DNA from: Coleofasciculus chthonoplastes F2-STO-03
GTDB lineage: Bacteria; Cyanobacteriota; Cyanobacteriia; Cyanobacteriales; Coleofasciculaceae
DNA: 11,162 nt
Direction: 5' to 3'
Assembly: GCA_040222015.1 (NCBI GenBank)
Contig: JAVJWO010000109.1
Coordinates: 1 to 11,162 of the forward strand
The position numbers were made by a program, and so were the translations under genes. Of this stretch, positions 7,823 to 11,162 are shown one piece after another; position 1 is the first letter of the stretch, and each line of letters starts with the position of its first letter. Below the pieces are notes generated by a model that did no database searches, had not been told where the DNA came from, and was given only the letters and a program-made list of their open reading frames with translations.

Positions 7823-8197
7823 TTATTGCCAGCGTCCGACAACTACTCGCACTGTACCATCTTCTAACACGTCTTCTTCTTCGACATTAAACCCTTGCTC
7901 TTGCACGGAATGCATTAGCATTTTATGAGCATACTTTTGATTAACGTAATTGACGAATTCTGTTTGGTTAATTCTCGCCCCCCAAAAATCTGCCACGAGT
8001 TCAAACGTCTCCCCATTTTGGCGAAAGCCTAAATCATAACCATTAGACTGGCGAATCACGTATTCGGCTTCGGTGGTATTCCCGTGATAGCCACGTACCG
8101 AGGTATTGCATTCGACTTGATACCCCAACTCCTGCAATGTTTGATGCAGAATTTCGCCGTTTTTGATCTGAATGTTGATGGTGGTGAAGTGAGACAT
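7823..8197 (-). CDS. DUF1257 (Ycf35-like) protein
   Basis: Characteristic MSHFTTI start, followed by VRGY.G, NGYDLGF, FELVADFW, QKYA and QGF.VEEE...DG.VRVVV.RW. Confidence 0.88.
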   Translation of the reverse strand: MSHFTTINIQIKNGEILHQTLQELGYQVECNTSVRGYHGNTTEAEYVIRQSNGYDLGFRQNGETFELVADFWGARINQTEFVNYVNQKYAHKMLMHSVQEQGFNVEEEDVLEDGTVRVVVGRWQ

Positions 8198-8424
8198 AGT
8201 TTTAGATGATGGTTAAAATTGGTGTCCTAACCGCCGTGACGGGTGATAGACATGGGTTTATGGCGAAGACAGCGCAACTACGAACCCAGACTAAGGAGTG
8301 TGTCATTCAAGTTAAGGCAATGAATAATCGGGTAAATTTCTCTCTAGGGAAGGATGTGGGAGTGAGACTCTAGCCAGACGCGATCGCAAGTCTATTCTGT
8401 TTAGTGTAAAGCATAACCGCATCT

Positions 8425-8430
8425 AGGAGG
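8425..8430 (+). promoter_or_regulatory. Shine-Dalgarno site
   Basis: AGGAGG ending 7 nt upstream of the ATG at 8438. Confidence 0.7.
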
Positions 8431-8437
8431 GTTCTCA

Positions 8438-8914
8438 ATGGGACTTCGGAAATTAATGGGTTTGGGGTTAGTGATGCTACTTTTGCCAGCTTGTAGTATT
8501 TTCTATGAAGACGAAGCAGCTATAACGCCAGAGGAGACAGTAGATGAGACAGCCATAGACAACGCTTCCACCTTAGGCGATGTCACTGACGGTAGGGAAG
8601 ACTTGATCGGTGAGATAATTACCGTGGATGGTAAGGTGGGCGAGGTTGTCGATTCCAGTACATTTAAGCTGGAACAGGAAAAACCCCTGTTCAACAAAGA
8701 AATCCTGGTGATGAATGCTAATCCCGATACGCCGATTATAGAGGACAACTGGGTGAGAGTTACAGGAGAAGTGGGTCGGTTTGTCAGTAAGGAGGAGTTG
8801 GAGAAGGATTATGATTTAACCTGGGATTTAGATGTTGAACAAACCATAGAAGCGGAATACAAAAATAAACCGATAATTTTGGCTGAGTCTGTGGAACTCC
8901 TAGCCGTGGATTGA
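8438..8914 (+). CDS. Acidic hypothetical lipoprotein, possibly OB-fold
   Basis: Signal peptide with lipobox (MGLRKLMGLGLVMLLLPA-C) and a strong RBS. Beta-rich pattern LIGEIITVDGKVGEVV..STFKL and VRVTGEV is reminiscent of periplasmic OB folds. Confidence 0.8.
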   Translation: MGLRKLMGLGLVMLLLPACSIFYEDEAAITPEETVDETAIDNASTLGDVTDGREDLIGEIITVDGKVGEVVDSSTFKLEQEKPLFNKEILVMNANPDTPIIEDNWVRVTGEVGRFVSKEELEKDYDLTWDLDVEQTIEAEYKNKPIILAESVELLAVD

Positions 8915-9538
8915 ATGGGAGTTTGCCCAGATTGCGGCTTGGGTGCGATCGCGTAGGTTCAATCGGCTTAAGATATTGGTAATATGATTCTTCACTGTCT
9001 TCTGGGAAATATACAGAGTTTGGGCAATTTCCCGGTTATTCGCACCCGTGGCGATTAAGCGGAGGATTTCCTGTTCTCTGGGGGTGAGTTCATCCCAAGC
9101 GGTGGAGGAATTGGAGACAGAAGCAGGGATTTGCGTCATAATCTTTTGACCAATTCCTGGTCCGAGTTGAGTATACCCCTTATGCACCGCCCGAATTGCT
9201 TGGGCTAATTCATCGGGGGGTGTATCTTTGAGTAAATAGCCCGATGCACCATAATGCAAGGCTTGGGTAATATACTCATCATCATCGAATGTGGTTAAAA
9301 CCAATAGTTTGATGTGGGGAAACCGTTGATGGATTTGCCGAGTAGCGGCGACACCATCCATAACAGGCATACGCACATCCATGAGGATAATATCAGGGTG
9401 TAAGGTTTCTAGTTGCGCGATCGCCGTTTCTCCATTATCCGCTTCTCCGATAACCTCAAAATCATCTTCAAATTGTAATAAGGCTTTTAACCCGCGTCGG
9501 ACTAGATTTTGGTCATCAACTAATAGGATTTTAATCAT
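8900..9538 (-). CDS. NarL/LuxR-family DNA-binding response regulator
   Basis: REC domain (MIKILLVDD, PDIILMDVRMPVMDG, VLTTFDD, GASGYLLKD) plus LuxR HTH (LTPREQEILRLIATGANNREIA...TVKNHITNILSRL). Start set to ATG 9538 because the longer ORF start lies inside a repeat. Confidence 0.96.
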   Translation of the reverse strand: MIKILLVDDQNLVRRGLKALLQFEDDFEVIGEADNGETAIAQLETLHPDIILMDVRMPVMDGVAATRQIHQRFPHIKLLVLTTFDDDEYITQALHYGASGYLLKDTPPDELAQAIRAVHKGYTQLGPGIGQKIMTQIPASVSNSSTAWDELTPREQEILRLIATGANNREIAQTLYISQKTVKNHITNILSRLNLRDRTQAAIWANSHSIHG

Positions 9539-9541
9539 AAA

Positions 9542-9779
9542 AGGGCGGGTTTTGTACAAAGTTTACCATCAATAGCTAAGCAGAAATTCCCTAAACCCGC
9601 CCCTACACACTCAACCCTAAATCAGGGCGGGTTTTGTCCAAAATTTACCATCAATAGCCAAGCAGAAAGTCCCTAAACCCGCCCCTACACACTCAACCCT
9701 AAATTAGGGCGGGTTTTGTCCAAAATTTACCATCAATAGCCAAGCAGAAAGTCCCTAAACCCGCCCCTACACACTCAAC
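9542..9779. repeat. Tandem array of ~2.9 x 82-bp REP-like hairpin units
   Basis: Units begin at 9542, 9624 and 9706. Each reads AGGGCGGGTTTTG...CCCTAAACCCGCCCCTACACACTCAAC, i.e. GTAGGGGCGGGTTT...AAACCCGCCCT on the minus strand. Confidence 0.92.
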
Positions 9780-9784
9780 TACTT

Positions 9785-9840
9785 ATGACGAATGACGAAT
9801 GACGAATGACGAATGACGAATGACGAATGACGAATGACAA
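9785..9840. repeat. STRR-type heptamer array (ATGACGA)7-ATGACAA
   Basis: Read directly from the sequence. Ends 1 nt from the kinase stop codon. Confidence 0.95.
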
Positions 9841-9841
9841 A

Positions 9842-11023
9842 TCACCACTCAACCCTAACTTGACACCCTTGTCCGGGTGCTGTGTTAATTGTAAAACGAC
9901 CCCCTAACGCTTGAGTACGTTCCCGCATCCCTTGTAGTCCAAAACCTGTGGTATTCTGCATCACATCGAATCCTCTGCCATTATCCTGAATCATCAGATG
10001 GAACCGGGAATCTGTCCAAATCTGGATACTCACCTCCGTGGCTTTGGCGTGTTTATAGATATTCGTCAGGGATTCTTGGATAATCCGATAACTCGCCATT
10101 TTCACATCGGGCGTCACCGGATGGGATAAATTGATCTGACAATCAGGTAAGATACCAGTAGACTTGTGAAATTCTTGGATTAAAGACGCGATCGCATCCT
10201 CTAGAGATTGCCCTTGTAACGGGTTAGAACGCAGGGTGGCTACGGATTGACGCACGTCTTGCAGTGCAGTAGCCGCAACTTGTTTGACTTCGAGTAAAAA
10301 ATCTTTGGCTTCGGCGGGATTTGATTCCATCAGTCGCAACGCGGCTTCTAAGTGTAGATTAAACGTAATCAGGGAATGTCCCAAGGAATCATGGATTTCC
10401 CTCGCAATACGATTCCGTTCTTGCAGCGTCGCCATATCCTCAATCCGGATAGCATAGCGCCGCAGTTGAGCATTTGCCTGTGCCAATTCGTCCCGACTGC
10501 GCCGTTCAGCTAATACAGCATCAACTAATAACTGGAGGAAGACCAAGACTAAGCCAAAGACTACTATAGAACTTAACAGGATAAATAGCCAGCGTTCTGG
10601 CATTGCCAAACGTGGAGGGTGAAAGGGAGGGCGAGAGCGAAGGCTGCGAGACTGAAATCGGTCAACTTCTCGCATTAGAAATAAGACAAAGGCGAATCCG
10701 GTAATAATTAAGCGGCTTTGCCGTTCAAAGATAAAACAGTTTCGGATAACTAAAATAATTAACATCAAGGGCAACATACGAAGTTTACCCACCAAGGAGA
10801 CGAGGAGAATTACGCCAATTTCCACGCCGGTATAAATCACCTTGACCGATTTCTGAGTCGGTAATCTCAACCCCATGATGCCAAAGACAGCTAAACCCAA
10901 CAGATTCAGGAGAGGGAAGCGAGGGAGGTGGGGAAAGGGAAACCGCAGGAATTCAATGATAGCGATGATTCCCAAGAGAATCCATTCTAGATATAAAAGG
11001 AAAGGAATTGGATGTTTGGTCAT
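9842..11023 (-). CDS. Membrane sensor histidine kinase, HisKA_3 (DesK/LiaS/NarX-like) type
   Basis: About 5-6 N-terminal TM segments, H-box ERNRIAREIHDSLGHSL, N-box YRIIQESLTNIYKHA, D-box IQDNGRGF and G-box GFGLQGMRER. Confidence 0.95.
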   Translation of the reverse strand: MTKHPIPFLLYLEWILLGIIAIIEFLRFPFPHLPRFPLLNLLGLAVFGIMGLRLPTQKSVKVIYTGVEIGVILLVSLVGKLRMLPLMLIILVIRNCFIFERQSRLIITGFAFVLFLMREVDRFQSRSLRSRPPFHPPRLAMPERWLFILLSSIVVFGLVLVFLQLLVDAVLAERRSRDELAQANAQLRRYAIRIEDMATLQERNRIAREIHDSLGHSLITFNLHLEAALRLMESNPAEAKDFLLEVKQVAATALQDVRQSVATLRSNPLQGQSLEDAIASLIQEFHKSTGILPDCQINLSHPVTPDVKMASYRIIQESLTNIYKHAKATEVSIQIWTDSRFHLMIQDNGRGFDVMQNTTGFGLQGMRERTQALGGRFTINTAPGQGCQVRVEW

Positions 11024-11026
11024 TTA

Positions 11027-11162
11027 TCATTGGTCATTGGTCATTGGTCATTGGTCATTGGTCATTGGTCATTGGTCATTGGTCATTGGTCATTGGTCAT
11101 TGGTCATTGGTCATTGGTCATTGGTCATTGGTCATTGGTCATTGGTCATTGGTCATTGGTCA
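11027..11162. repeat. STRR-type heptamer array (TCATTGG)n, at least 19 perfect copies, truncated by the window edge
   Basis: Read directly from the sequence. On the minus strand it reads (ATGACCA)n leading into the kinase start codon. Confidence 0.97.

Larger units (their letters stand above)
638..10195. repeat. Dispersed HIP1 octamers (GCGATCGC)
   Basis: Exact copies start at 638, 2947, 4150, 4658, 6661, 7002, 8380, 8945, 9417 and 10188. Confidence 0.9.

Noticed and set aside
8198..8437. Riboswitch or ncRNA in the DUF1257/lipoprotein intergenic region
   Set aside because: No match to motifs I recognise (e.g. the glnA glutamine riboswitch); only a REP remnant and a HIP1 site.
9539..9559. 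N-terminal extension MYKTRPF of the response regulator
   Set aside because: Comes from the repeat. The REC domain starts at MIKILLVDD (ATG 9538).
767..9575. Other short ORFs nested in or antisense to the main genes (767, 1323, 2935, 3610, 4362, 4471, 4908, 4957, 6697, 6792, 8503, 9381)
   Set aside because: Shadow frames of well-supported CDSs with no recognisable motifs.
9542..9779. Possible CRISPR array
   Set aside because: The whole 82-bp unit is repeated with no unique spacers, and there are no cas genes in the window.

Overview
Cyanobacterial DNA, probably from a filamentous lineage (at least 10 HIP1 GCGATCGC sites, heptamer tandem repeats, GTAG-type REP elements). The window opens at the 3' end of an rRNA operon (23S-5S spacer, 5S rRNA, terminator). 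It then encodes a CHASE-domain class III adenylate cyclase (-), a class I SAM methyltransferase (+), a putative Tat lipoprotein of the DUF362 type (-), two tandem genes sharing a ~94-aa N-terminal helical module fused to different C-terminal domains (LamG-like and WD40) (+), a DUF1257/Ycf35-like gene (-), a lipoprotein (+), and a HisKA_3 sensor kinase / NarL-LuxR regulator pair (-). Intergenic DNA is dense with small repeats: two MITE-like elements, a nested 26-nt insertion, REP/REPIN-like hairpins, an 82-bp x3 tandem array and heptamer arrays. The best candidate for an undescribed system is the 'conserved N-module + variable binding domain' gene pair. The second is the repeat architecture around the two-component operon, where a repeat unit supplies the kinase start codon and mutually complementary arrays bracket the gene. 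All family assignments are from motif recognition by eye; no searches were run.
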